A stretch of DNA of 64,000 nucleotides from IMG/VR virus record IMGVR_UViG_3300011008_000999; one strand, given 5' to 3'. Both the position numbers and the translations under genes were made by a program. Below are positions 39,851 to 48,940 of this stretch, one piece after another; the stretch's first letter is position 1; every line of letters starts with the position of its first letter. This DNA comes from a virus (lineage: Duplodnaviria > Caudoviricetes). The notes beneath the pieces are model-generated. The model saw only the letters and a program-made list of their open reading frames with translations, made no database searches and was not told where the DNA came from.

Positions 39851-40789
39851 TTATCCTTCATAATTTGAAATAAATTCGATTATAGGTGTATCGATATACT
39901 TAGCGAGAAATCCTTCATTCTCAAATACAAGATCAGACTGTCTAATCTCTTCGTTCTGAAGCTTTCTCATGACAAGCAGAAGATCCTGATTATTGAAACA
40001 CTTAAAATCGTAAGAACCATCAAACAATTCCTTAATATATCCAATAATCTTGTTATTCTTCTTAACTGCACTAAGTGTAAATTGCTCAACTCTGATAGGA
40101 ACTTCTACTGTAGGAAGTACTTCTTCAATATGAGCAAGGATCACAAGAGGATTCTTATTTACGTCAATAACGATCTCATCATTACTGAAGAATACTACAC
40201 TTTCAACATCAATTCCAGCAGCAAGCAGTTTAGTAAGAATAGTATCAGTGATATGTTTCTCGTATGTGATAACTCTAGAAGGATTGCAGTTACCCATAAT
40301 AACTTCTCTGATGTACTTACTGCTAACGATATACTCACTATCAGTAAACTTACGTATGAAATCCTCCCACGTCTCAGCATTACCAAAGATAGTTGGATCA
40401 TAAGCCTTAAGTGAGCTGAAGTTTGCCTTCTTCATATCAAGACTGATAAAAGACTTACCAATATTATTAGGCTTATAAATATCCTTAGATGGAAGATTCT
40501 TATTCTTAACTGCAAACAGATTCATGTCAAGTGCATTAAATTTATTGAAACCTTCACTTGACTTAATAAAGTCCATTGCTGCTTCCTTAGTAGACTCATA
40601 CATATCAAAGTATTCCTTTTCATTAGGAAACTTTTCTACTCCATTACAGAAAGCTAGCCATTTAGATTTGGTACCATAGAATTTATCAAGCAGTTCAAGA
40701 CGCTCAGTAAAATAAGGTTCTGCATAAAGTCTTATCGGAATCTTACAATCTCTAACAAATCTTTCTTTAAGTTTATCAGTCATTTTCAT
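39851..40789 (-). CDS. Uncharacterised protein with polymerase-palm-like motifs
   Basis: FISLDMKKANF (motif A-like), SKYIREVIMG, FFSNDEIVI (motif C-like). Confidence 0.45.
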   Translation of the reverse strand: MKMTDKLKERFVRDCKIPIRLYAEPYFTERLELLDKFYGTKSKWLAFCNGVEKFPNEKEYFDMYESTKEAAMDFIKSSEGFNKFNALDMNLFAVKNKNLPSKDIYKPNNIGKSFISLDMKKANFSSLKAYDPTIFGNAETWEDFIRKFTDSEYIVSSKYIREVIMGNCNPSRVITYEKHITDTILTKLLAAGIDVESVVFFSNDEIVIDVNKNPLVILAHIEEVLPTVEVPIRVEQFTLSAVKKNNKIIGYIKELFDGSYDFKCFNNQDLLLVMRKLQNEEIRQSDLVFENEGFLAKYIDTPIIEFISNYEG

Positions 40790-40826
40790 ATTTATCTACC
40801 TCCATAGAGTTTTTTAGATTATATTT

Positions 40827-40859
40827 AATATAACACAGATTTATTAGTTTGTAAATAGT
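40827..40859 (-). promoter_or_regulatory. Class I sigmaA-like promoter
   Basis: ACTA-TTTACA-N17-TATATT with TG. Confidence 0.7.
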
Positions 40860-40870
40860 TTCTAAACATA

Positions 40871-40906
40871 GTTTAAGCCAGACCTATAAAAGCATCTGGC
40901 TTAAAC
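40871..40906 (-). terminator. Terminator-like hairpin ending the ligase N-terminal operon
   Basis: GTTTAAGCCAGA...TCTGGCTTAAAC inverted repeat. Confidence 0.55.
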
Positions 40907-40941
40907 ATTTATGGAGGTATTTTAAATGAAAGATGGTAAGC

Positions 40942-41358
40942 TTAGTTATATTCCTGAAGTTTGTATCGTTTTCCAAACCAACCTTCAGTAAATGGAGATT
41001 TTTTAATATCAGCTATAAAAGCTTTAATCTCCTCATCTGTAGCATAAATATATATATCACCATATTCATGCCACGAAATATCTTCATCTTCTTCAAGATC
41101 ATCTGTGTATCTATCTTGCCATTCTTCTAAAATATAGAGCATACCGCCTGTATCTAAGAAGAAGTTATACATATCACATTCTTCTTGAGTATTAACGTCT
41201 TTAGCTACTAAATGAAGTGATCTACCTAAACCATCTATTTGACATTTAACCATATCATCATAGCTAAGATTATAATATCTATTAAATAGATCATCTTCTG
41301 TAGCATTAGGTGTATTAAAATAAATTCTAAGTTTTTCTATTTCATTTATCATAAGCAT
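40942..41358 (-). CDS. Hypothetical protein
   Basis: 138 aa ORF. Confidence 0.55.
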   Translation of the reverse strand: MLMINEIEKLRIYFNTPNATEDDLFNRYYNLSYDDMVKCQIDGLGRSLHLVAKDVNTQEECDMYNFFLDTGGMLYILEEWQDRYTDDLEEDEDISWHEYGDIYIYATDEEIKAFIADIKKSPFTEGWFGKRYKLQEYN

Positions 41359-41708
41359 TCTCCGCAGCAGCCATAATCAACATTTTCATTCATAAGATCA
41401 AGACAATCTAATACAACTTGATGTGGATCGTCAACAATATCAGTTAGTGCTTTATATACATCGTCAACATGATATTTATTGAGTACCCAAGGTAATGTTT
41501 GTACATCACCAGTATCTGTATTATAGTAACCACCGGAAGACCAAAATCTAGGAAAATCACAACTATTCTTAGAACCAAATTTCCAAGTGTTACCATCTAT
41601 CATTACAGTAAGAGTACCATCACAGTACATCAAACCTTCTTCGTATTTTATGAATTGAATATTCATCTCTTTTCTGCCTTTGCAATCTGAGGAATTATCA
41701 TATTTCAT
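41349..41708 (-). CDS. Hypothetical phage-like protein
   Basis: FWSSGG and C-terminal GCCGEC motifs. Confidence 0.55.
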   Translation of the reverse strand: MKYDNSSDCKGRKEMNIQFIKYEEGLMYCDGTLTVMIDGNTWKFGSKNSCDFPRFWSSGGYYNTDTGDVQTLPWVLNKYHVDDVYKALTDIVDDPHQVVLDCLDLMNENVDYGCCGECL

Positions 41709-42408
41709 AATATTTCCAATGTAAATTATTAGTTTTATTACGTGTACCTAAACAACATTCACTTATTTTAGAACTATTGCTATTAGTTTCTTTTGCTGCT
41801 TGTGTTATAGAATCATATACTATTCCAGTATCTATACATATAACTTTATGTCGTTTCTTGACTGCAGCAGCTTCAATTCGTTTTTTATGAATAATTTTCA
41901 TTTCATCTGGATGTTCTTTTTGCCAATTTAAACAATCCTTAACTTTCTCCTTTGACCATTCTGGATTATTTTTCATTTTAATCTTCATAGCATTTGTAGC
42001 ATTCGGAGAAATTATTTTTATTCCACGTGTAAATTTATTATATTCTGGTTTTAAAGTCTTAATATAATGTTCTTCTATATTTTTAGCTTCACTAATAGTA
42101 CAGGTAGCTTTAGATAGTTCAATATGAGTAAAACAATTTTCTCCATATTTTTCAATGTCTCGAGAAAGTTCTAAATTAAATCCGTACCCTTTTCCATTTT
42201 TCCATCTAGCTTCAATAGATTTTTGAGTAGTAGCTCCAACATACCGTTTATTATTAACTGTACATGTGTGCGTATAAAATATAAAATCATATTTATTAGT
42301 ATCTTCATCAGATTTTAATATAGGTTTTTCATTATGTATATGCACTAAATGTCTATTTAATGAAGTTCTACAAGAAAAACATTTATTACAAATCAAACAT
42401 TTTTCCAC
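41698..42408 (-). CDS. Free-standing GIY-YIG homing endonuclease with C2H2 finger and NUMOD1-like tail
   Basis: CLICNKCF...LNRHLVHIH; FIFYTH...KRYVGAT...RW; KVICIDTGIVYDSITQAAK...ISECC. Confidence 0.8.
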   Translation of the reverse strand: MEKCLICNKCFSCRTSLNRHLVHIHNEKPILKSDEDTNKYDFIFYTHTCTVNNKRYVGATTQKSIEARWKNGKGYGFNLELSRDIEKYGENCFTHIELSKATCTISEAKNIEEHYIKTLKPEYNKFTRGIKIISPNATNAMKIKMKNNPEWSKEKVKDCLNWQKEHPDEMKIIHKKRIEAAAVKKRHKVICIDTGIVYDSITQAAKETNSNSSKISECCLGTRNKTNNLHWKYYEI

Positions 42409-43502
42409 TAGTTATTCCTTTCAGCTTTTATTACCTGTGGTATAATACAATTAGCTTTTATTACCCAAATCTTCTGACCAATAAATGGTTTCTCACCAAG
42501 GAGTTCTTTCATAATAGAAATATTATGCATTGATGCATTCTGAACAGTAGTACCATCAATAATTACTGGTTTGAAAGTAGCTACAGGTGTAATAGCACCA
42601 GTACGTCCAACTGACCAAGTAATTCCAGTAAGTTCAGTTTCAAACAGTTCATCATAGAACTTGAATGCAAAACCACCGCGGAATGAATGTTCATCATGAC
42701 CTTTTGCCATGTAAGAAGCATAATCATTGATCTTATATACAAGACCATCAATAGGATATTTCTTAGCGGCTGCTTTCTGTCTCATTCTTTCCTGTTGAGC
42801 TTCAAGATTCTCAGTATTAGTATATTCCCAATCAACTACTACAAACTTGAGATCTGCAAGTTTCTGAAGCTTAACATCAAGATCATCTTCACCTGTGATC
42901 ATATCCCATGCAACAAATGTAAGCATTCTTCTCTCGCATTCATCAGGATTATCAAGTCGAATAGATCCAGATGCAAAGTTTCTAGGATTCTTAAACATCG
43001 AGCTGAACTCTTCAAAGTCATCATACTTACAAATAACTTCACCATCTATAACGATTGTATCTTTAACGGAAATTGTCTTAGGAATCGAAGGAAGTCTCTT
43101 TGCATTTTCAGTGATGTCTTCACCAACTTTACCATTTCCACGAGTTTCAGCAGAAACAAGCTTTCCATTCTCATACTTAAGAGAACAGGTAAGGCCATCC
43201 ATCTTCAACATAGTAATTGACTTTTCCTTCAACCACTTCTTAAGAACGTTATTATCTTTGGTTTTATCAAGAGAGAGCATCAGATGGTTATGAGTAACCT
43301 TCTTAAGAGAGTTCTGAATATCAAACTGAATTGTTGCTGAAGGAGACTTAGGATCAATATAACCAGTCTCTTCCTCATAAGCACAACACTCAAAGTAAAG
43401 AGCGTCCCAAGCTTCATCACTAATCTCAGGATTTCCTTCATCATACCTCTTAGTGTAATAATTCAGCTTCTCAATATTCTGAGTATATTCTTCTCTCGTC
43501 AT
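42408..43502 (-). CDS. ligA: NAD-dependent DNA ligase, N-terminal subunit (adenylation and OB domains)
   Basis: ISDEAWD, MLSLDK, KMDG active site, TRGNG, NPRNFASG, DGLVYK, AFKF, GRTG, IIPQV; GGAGG RBS supports start at 43502. Confidence 0.93.
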   Translation of the reverse strand: MTREEYTQNIEKLNYYTKRYDEGNPEISDEAWDALYFECCAYEEETGYIDPKSPSATIQFDIQNSLKKVTHNHLMLSLDKTKDNNVLKKWLKEKSITMLKMDGLTCSLKYENGKLVSAETRGNGKVGEDITENAKRLPSIPKTISVKDTIVIDGEVICKYDDFEEFSSMFKNPRNFASGSIRLDNPDECERRMLTFVAWDMITGEDDLDVKLQKLADLKFVVVDWEYTNTENLEAQQERMRQKAAAKKYPIDGLVYKINDYASYMAKGHDEHSFRGGFAFKFYDELFETELTGITWSVGRTGAITPVATFKPVIIDGTTVQNASMHNISIMKELLGEKPFIGQKIWVIKANCIIPQVIKAERNN

Positions 43503-43541
43503 TGTAAAACCTCCGTACAAGTTATTATTTATTATAGTATT

Positions 43542-43574
43542 ATTATAACATAGACTTATATAATTGTAAATAGT
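43542..43574 (-). promoter_or_regulatory. Class I promoter of the ligase N-terminal gene
   Basis: ACTA-TTTACA-N17-TATAAT with TG. Confidence 0.8.
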
Positions 43575-43576
43575 TT

Positions 43577-44014
43577 TTAGCTATTTTGTAATTCAATGTC
43601 AATATTTGAGAAGAAATTTGCACCGAATACTTTTTCACGTCTACTCTTATATAATATATATGCGTCAGTTCCTGCAGGTAATCTAGAGTCAACTGAACCA
43701 AGTTCAATTTCAGGAATTTCTTCAAGTTCTACTCTAAATCCATGCATATCAAGTAGTCTTTTCTTATTATTGGTAGTATTCCAAAGATCATCAGTATTAA
43801 GATAGATATTTACAATGAACTTAATACCTACATCATACGCCATAATATCATCATACAAATAATCCGCGTCTAATCTTTGTATTACTGCACAGTGTAATTT
43901 AGTTAAATCTCCTTGAGTTTCATAAGATCTAACTGTAATATTAATGGACTCTCCACCATACGTAGATGATTCAGAGAAAATAATCTGTGCGCTTGTTTGT
44001 TTAGTAATTTCCAT
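43577..44014 (-). CDS. Hypothetical protein
   Basis: 145 aa, AAGGAG RBS. Confidence 0.6.
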   Translation of the reverse strand: MEITKQTSAQIIFSESSTYGGESINITVRSYETQGDLTKLHCAVIQRLDADYLYDDIMAYDVGIKFIVNIYLNTDDLWNTTNNKKRLLDMHGFRVELEEIPEIELGSVDSRLPAGTDAYILYKSRREKVFGANFFSNIDIELQNS

Positions 44015-44120
44015 AGGTCAAGCTCCTTTCAAATAATAATTGATTGTTTTCATCTGAATAATTTCCATACATAAAGAAAAGAGACTAACATAACTTTGTA
44101 TATTAGTCTCTTTGTTTAAT

Positions 44121-44279
44121 TTACTTATCAATTGTCTGTACTTCACCAGTATCACGATGAACTAATTCAATGAATGTGGGAGTATTTTTAGTGACCAACC
44201 ATACATAAGTATCATAACCATTTGCAATTAAAATCTTTCTTTCCTCATAGGTTGGTTTTCTTCCACGTATTCTGCTCAT
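44121..44279 (-). CDS. Small phage-like hypothetical protein (52 aa)
   Basis: Translated by hand: MSRIRGRKPTYEERKILIANGYDTYVWLVTK...LVHRDTGE. Confidence 0.6.
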   Translation of the reverse strand: MSRIRGRKPTYEERKILIANGYDTYVWLVTKNTPTFIELVHRDTGEVQTIDK

Positions 44280-44297
44280 TTTTGAATTTAATCTCCT

Positions 44298-44696
44298 TTA
44301 ATTTTTCTCCTGTCTAAAAGATCTTTCGTCTTCAGGATAATTGTCTACATCCTCAATCATCATATCGATTGCAGCGGCAATTTCTTTACCATTAAGACGA
44401 GTTTCACCGTCCTTAACTAAAGCTATCATGTCTTTCCAATAAGTATTAAAATCACTTCTTGGATCAATAAGCCAGTCTTTGTATTCGTTGTAATTAGCTT
44501 CACATTTCTTTTTGCTAATTCTCTTATTGCCTTTTTCATCAACCTGTCTAGCTTCAGGGTCAGAAGGATCGTAATAATCCTTTCTTACTAACTTTCTACC
44601 CCATAAATACATTGCTGTACAGTTCTCTGCAACGATAGCTGCAATTAAAGATTCAAATCCATCAATTGTGCAGTTAATATCATTTACGTTTGCCAT
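44298..44696 (-). CDS. Hypothetical protein
   Basis: 132 aa ORF after a class II motif. Confidence 0.6.
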   Translation of the reverse strand: MANVNDINCTIDGFESLIAAIVAENCTAMYLWGRKLVRKDYYDPSDPEARQVDEKGNKRISKKKCEANYNEYKDWLIDPRSDFNTYWKDMIALVKDGETRLNGKEIAAAIDMMIEDVDNYPEDERSFRQEKN

Positions 44697-44762
44697 GACT
44701 TTCTATTCCTTTCTACAATATAAAAGTTAATTCGCATCATATTGTAAAATTTCCATACATTA

Positions 44763-44778
44763 TTATAATTAAATAGCT
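44763..44778 (-). promoter_or_regulatory. Class II motif
   Basis: AGCTATTTAATTATAA. Confidence 0.6.
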
Positions 44779-44779
44779 T

Positions 44780-45319
44780 TTAATTATTATATAACTCGGA
44801 TAATTTGCTCCAGTAATCATTAATTCTAACCATTAACTCATCCTGGATCTGAAGCCATTCATCTTTAGCTGTATTGAATTTGATCTCTCTACGATCATAT
44901 AAAAGTGCTTCAATTGAATCAGCTAAATTTACAATAAGTTTAGCGGTTTCATCATCTTCACATTTTTCCATAGTATCGTAGAAAGCAGGAACAGTCTGCA
45001 TAGCAAGCTTTTCTTGTTTCTTAACAATAGCTTTAAGTTCTGGATTCTTTTCCTTAACCATGTAGTTAACATCACCAAGTGATTCCTCAGTAGATTCTAC
45101 ATAGTCATGGCAACATCCATAACTAAGAGCCTTTAATGCTATATGATCAGGAATATGAAATAGATTTATAAGAATAACTATAATCTGAGTAACATATAAC
45201 TGATGTTCAGCATCATTTTCCTCAAACATAAAATCTCTTAACTGCCAACGCTTTACACGTGACTGTCTATAGAGTTTTAATGATTCAAGGTAAGTTACAA
45301 ATTCATTTATATTTTTCAT
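44780..45319 (-). CDS. HD-domain deoxynucleotide phosphohydrolase (YfbR-like)
   Basis: VKRW, ENDAEHQ, CHDYVE, GDV, ADSIEA. Confidence 0.8.
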   Translation of the reverse strand: MKNINEFVTYLESLKLYRQSRVKRWQLRDFMFEENDAEHQLYVTQIIVILINLFHIPDHIALKALSYGCCHDYVESTEESLGDVNYMVKEKNPELKAIVKKQEKLAMQTVPAFYDTMEKCEDDETAKLIVNLADSIEALLYDRREIKFNTAKDEWLQIQDELMVRINDYWSKLSELYNN

Positions 45320-45330
45320 TTATGTTTCCT

Positions 45331-45870
45331 TTACTCGATCATACCATTATATGCAACCTTAGTACCTTTTTCAATCCACTCAGGAAGCTTATCGAGACGA
45401 TCAAATGCTTTTTCTACAAGAGTATCACCATCATAGATATCAGTGATAGTAATATCTGCAGACTGTGAAAGCATAAGATTGAATGATGCTTTACCTAAAG
45501 TCTCTGCATAATAGACCATAATAGGTTTCTTACCAGATAAGCGTCTTGCATGATATGCATATCCAACTTCTACCATTGTACCAGCATCAATTGCCTGCAT
45601 AGGCTGACCTTCCTTATCAGGTTCAGTACAAGTACCACGCTTACCATCAGTAACTGCAAAAAGAATATCTGCATCATCTATATTTACAATATTACCTTCA
45701 AATGTAGCCTTCTGAACTGCAGGATCTGCAAATGAACCAGTAATATTAGAACTCTCTCTAGGTGAAAATACCTCGAATCCAAGTTCTCTAAGACGATTAA
45801 TAAGTCTCTTTTCTCTTTCTGCTTGTGCAGCAGTAAACCAAGGTGATGCAAAATAAATTTTCTTTGCCAT
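45331..45870 (-). CDS. Nucleoside 2-deoxyribosyltransferase / nucleotide N-glycosidase family
   Basis: IYFASPWF, FSPRE, DAGTMVEVGYA (catalytic Glu), FNLML. Confidence 0.85.
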   Translation of the reverse strand: MAKKIYFASPWFTAAQAEREKRLINRLRELGFEVFSPRESSNITGSFADPAVQKATFEGNIVNIDDADILFAVTDGKRGTCTEPDKEGQPMQAIDAGTMVEVGYAYHARRLSGKKPIMVYYAETLGKASFNLMLSQSADITITDIYDGDTLVEKAFDRLDKLPEWIEKGTKVAYNGMIE

Positions 45871-45909
45871 TGTCTAATTTCCTTTCATTTTTTTTTCGTG
45901 CTTTGGTTT

Positions 45910-46797
45910 TTAGATACCTTCAATAACACCGTTCTTAATCATATACTCATATACTTCAGGTTTTCTACCTCTAGTAGCATTATGTAAATATGCATACTTC
46001 TTAAGAGTATTATGATAATTAGGCGCAAATTTCTCAGGAGCAGAAAGAATTAAGTGTACGTATTTTCTCAACTCCTTATTAGATCTGTTTATAAAATAGA
46101 AAGTCTCAAACTTCTCATCAAGTCCCCAAGAAGTATGAACACGTCTATTTGTCCAGAACTCATATAAAACTTCGCTCTCATAAAAAGCTTTCATCATCTT
46201 TTCATAATCTGCAATGTCTTCTTCTGCAGCAACAATTAACTTATTACCTGCAGATTCATAGTTCTTAAGATACTTATTAGTCCAAAAGCTCTCAGTAAGC
46301 TTATAACCAAATATCTTACAAAATTCACGATAATATCTCTTAGCATTATCAGAAAGATCAGATACATGTGAAGGACCTGCAGATAATCTAATATGCATAA
46401 ACATATTATGATCTGATTCAAATACCTTACTGAATCCATCTCTAAAGATAACATCTTCATCAGATACAAACATCTTATCTAACTTAAGATACTTAATACC
46501 ATACCAGTGCGCTAAGTTCTTAGTAGACATACAATACTCTTCAACAAAAGAATTATCAATAACGTCCTTCTTGAACTTATCAACAATCTTGCGACTAGTA
46601 AGAATAGATGCTTTCTTAACTCTTTCAGAAATATTATACTTATCGTAAATCTTCTGTATTTCGTCAGTCTTATCGCCAATTCTAGTCTCATTAATGGCGA
46701 TAAACTGAATATCTTTCAAATCTGTTTTAGGCAGGTTCTTAACTAACAACTCGAAAAAATACATATTGTTAGCTAAAACCATTATTGCATTCTTCAT
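45910..46797 (-). CDS. GT-A fold glycosyltransferase-like protein
   Basis: MFVSDEDVIF DxD motif, SAG, GLDE, late YLHN. Confidence 0.5.
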   Translation of the reverse strand: MKNAIMVLANNMYFFELLVKNLPKTDLKDIQFIAINETRIGDKTDEIQKIYDKYNISERVKKASILTSRKIVDKFKKDVIDNSFVEEYCMSTKNLAHWYGIKYLKLDKMFVSDEDVIFRDGFSKVFESDHNMFMHIRLSAGPSHVSDLSDNAKRYYREFCKIFGYKLTESFWTNKYLKNYESAGNKLIVAAEEDIADYEKMMKAFYESEVLYEFWTNRRVHTSWGLDEKFETFYFINRSNKELRKYVHLILSAPEKFAPNYHNTLKKYAYLHNATRGRKPEVYEYMIKNGVIEGI

Positions 46798-46824
46798 CTA
46801 AGTTTCTCCTATTTTATTCATATA

Positions 46825-46852
46825 GGAGACATCTAAATGAATAGATGTCTCC
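46825..46852 (-). terminator. Hairpin between the ThyX-like and GT-like genes
   Basis: GGAGACATCTA/TAGATGTCTCC perfect inverted repeat; weak U-tract. Confidence 0.45.
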
Positions 46853-46862
46853 TTATAATTGC

Positions 46863-47831
46863 TTATCTATTGTAATAAGGCATGTTCTTAATTCTCTGTC
46901 TTGCAACAAGAGGATCATTAGGATCGTAATCAGCAGGAAGTTCCTTTCCTTCAGCTTCAAGCTTAAGCCAATTCTCAATCATTTCCTTCTCACCAGGAAG
47001 AAGAAGTTCAGGTCTCTCATGATACATCTTCTCAAGCTCGATCTTCCAAGAAGAAGTTCTCCAATCATTGTGTGCCTTTTCTCCGAAGTCGTATCCTTCA
47101 GGAGTAGGATAACGTGAGAAGTCATTGTTGTATGTATGGTCTCTCTTATAGAACTGCTTTCTATCAGAGAACTGAAGCAACCAAGTCCAAAGTTTCTTAG
47201 AAAGAGGATCAGTAAGCTCATCAATTGCTTTAACAAGCTCGTATCTCATAAGTCTGTAAATGTAGTTAATCTCATCCGCGAAGTTATTCTCAGTTCTTGC
47301 ATTACATGAGTTCATCCACTGCATTACATCAGCGGTATAGCAAAGAGAGATTGTCTGTGCATGGAAACCAAAGTATCTAGCATCCATATAAGATACTCCA
47401 CCTTCGCACATATCAATGTAAAGATCTTCAATATCTCTCTCAATCTTCTCAAGACGATCCATCCAATCCTTATTCTTATAAATGAATGCAGGAGTAATGA
47501 AGTCCTGAGTAAGAGGTCTTGTATCACCAGACTGTGAACAGAAGAATCCCTTCTCTCTAGTAAGCTGCGCAAGACATACGCGAGAAATGTTGTTTACCTG
47601 GAATGAAAGCTTAGAACCTTCAAATGCAAACTTTGCAAATGTCTTTCCGTTGATGATCTCATCAACTACTTTCTGGAAATGTGGATGATCAGGACTATAC
47701 TCGATATCCTCTGCACCTTCGTAAAACTCACCAAGCTTACCAAAAGAAGTAACCGCTTTAGCAAGATCGTTACCTTTCCAGTCAATGAGCTTTACATTGA
47801 TGTTCTCATAACCATTTCTAAATGTTCCCAT
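46863..47831 (-). CDS. Divergent ThyX-like flavin-dependent enzyme
   Basis: FEGSKLSFQVNNISRVCLAQLTR...DTR, DARY, CNARTEN...EI; the canonical RHRx7SxR motif is altered. Confidence 0.7.
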   Translation of the reverse strand: MGTFRNGYENINVKLIDWKGNDLAKAVTSFGKLGEFYEGAEDIEYSPDHPHFQKVVDEIINGKTFAKFAFEGSKLSFQVNNISRVCLAQLTREKGFFCSQSGDTRPLTQDFITPAFIYKNKDWMDRLEKIERDIEDLYIDMCEGGVSYMDARYFGFHAQTISLCYTADVMQWMNSCNARTENNFADEINYIYRLMRYELVKAIDELTDPLSKKLWTWLLQFSDRKQFYKRDHTYNNDFSRYPTPEGYDFGEKAHNDWRTSSWKIELEKMYHERPELLLPGEKEMIENWLKLEAEGKELPADYDPNDPLVARQRIKNMPYYNR

Positions 47832-47883
47832 AATTTTGTAATTTCCTTTCTAAAATTAGTCTTTTAGTTACATTTTGCATTTT

Positions 47884-47899
47884 ATAATAATAAATAGCC
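47884..47899 (-). promoter_or_regulatory. Class II motif upstream of the ThyX-like gene
   Basis: GGCTATTTATTATTAT. Confidence 0.55.
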
Positions 47900-47911
47900 C
47901 TTAAACTATTA

Positions 47912-48940
47912 TTATTTCTTACTGATCTTTACGAACTTTACTTTATCAAACTCATTGATCTTAGAGATCTTACCTGAGTCATTGTACAAGTAAATAACGT
48001 AATAGTTACCATCGTCTCCAATAAGGAAGTCATAGTAATACACCGGAGTTCCATCATAAACCTGACGATACTTATATCTGATATAAGTCATATAATCACC
48101 TAACATCTCGAAATTAGGTAATTCATCATCAAGTTCTTCTGACTTATAGTCATCTGATACATTAATACCAACAGAATTATGATATGTAGGAAAACCTAAA
48201 CATGTTTTATCAAAAATTCTATTTGCATCATAAACCATAGGTTCTACTGCTTTATTATTAACAGTAATAGGTGAGAAGTCAGAATCTGCAGGTACTACAA
48301 AGTTCTTAACAATATCTGTCATCTCATCTACATGACGCTCACATTCAGGTTTAAGAATAACAATATCAGCATAGTGTGCTGCAAAGCTAATCATATAAGG
48401 CATAGAAAAATCTGCAAGATTTCTAACAGCTTTATACTTACCACCAAACACACCGTATGAAATAATCTTAATACCTTTTTCCTTACAATACTTTACAGTA
48501 TCAAGATCTACATAATAAGGATTGATTTCAATCTCATTGTATGCAGGATAGAAACCAGTAATAGACTTATATTCTTCAATATCAGCTGCAGTAAAGTTAC
48601 TAACACCTTTCTCAATAAATCTATCATCAGTTGCCATCAACTTAGCAACCTTCTGCCAATTACCACGGTTACTATGAATAAGCATAATATCGATCTTATC
48701 TGTATTCAAACACTTAAGATGATTTGATACGAAAAATTCATAGTTATCTCCATGATATGATGAGATCTTACTAATCAACTTATATCTCTTTCTTATGTCT
48801 TTAAGAAGATAGTCGTTGTTATAGTCAATTGCTGTATCTACAAACTTACAAATCTCAATCATCTTATTCATAATCATAGATTGTTCAGATTTAGTCTGTA
48901 AATGCAATTCCCAAGTACCAACTGCAATTTCATTACTCAT
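47912..48940 (-). CDS. Aldo-keto reductase-like protein with C-terminal extension
   Basis: GTW, DTAIDY, SK, DIMLIH, GVSNF, NEIEINPY, GIKIISYG. Confidence 0.8.
   Translation of the reverse strand: MSNEIAVGTWELHLQTKSEQSMIMNKMIEICKFVDTAIDYNNDYLLKDIRKRYKLISKISSYHGDNYEFFVSNHLKCLNTDKIDIMLIHSNRGNWQKVAKLMATDDRFIEKGVSNFTAADIEEYKSITGFYPAYNEIEINPYYVDLDTVKYCKEKGIKIISYGVFGGKYKAVRNLADFSMPYMISFAAHYADIVILKPECERHVDEMTDIVKNFVVPADSDFSPITVNNKAVEPMVYDANRIFDKTCLGFPTYHNSVGINVSDDYKSEELDDELPNFEMLGDYMTYIRYKYRQVYDGTPVYYYDFLIGDDGNYYVIYLYNDSGKISKINEFDKVKFVKISKK

Noticed and set aside
33828-42408. Group I intron or split intein joining the ligase halves
   Set aside because: The gap holds many genes, promoters and a terminator-like hairpin; the C-half has its own promoter and RBS; no intein terminal motifs or intron core were recognised
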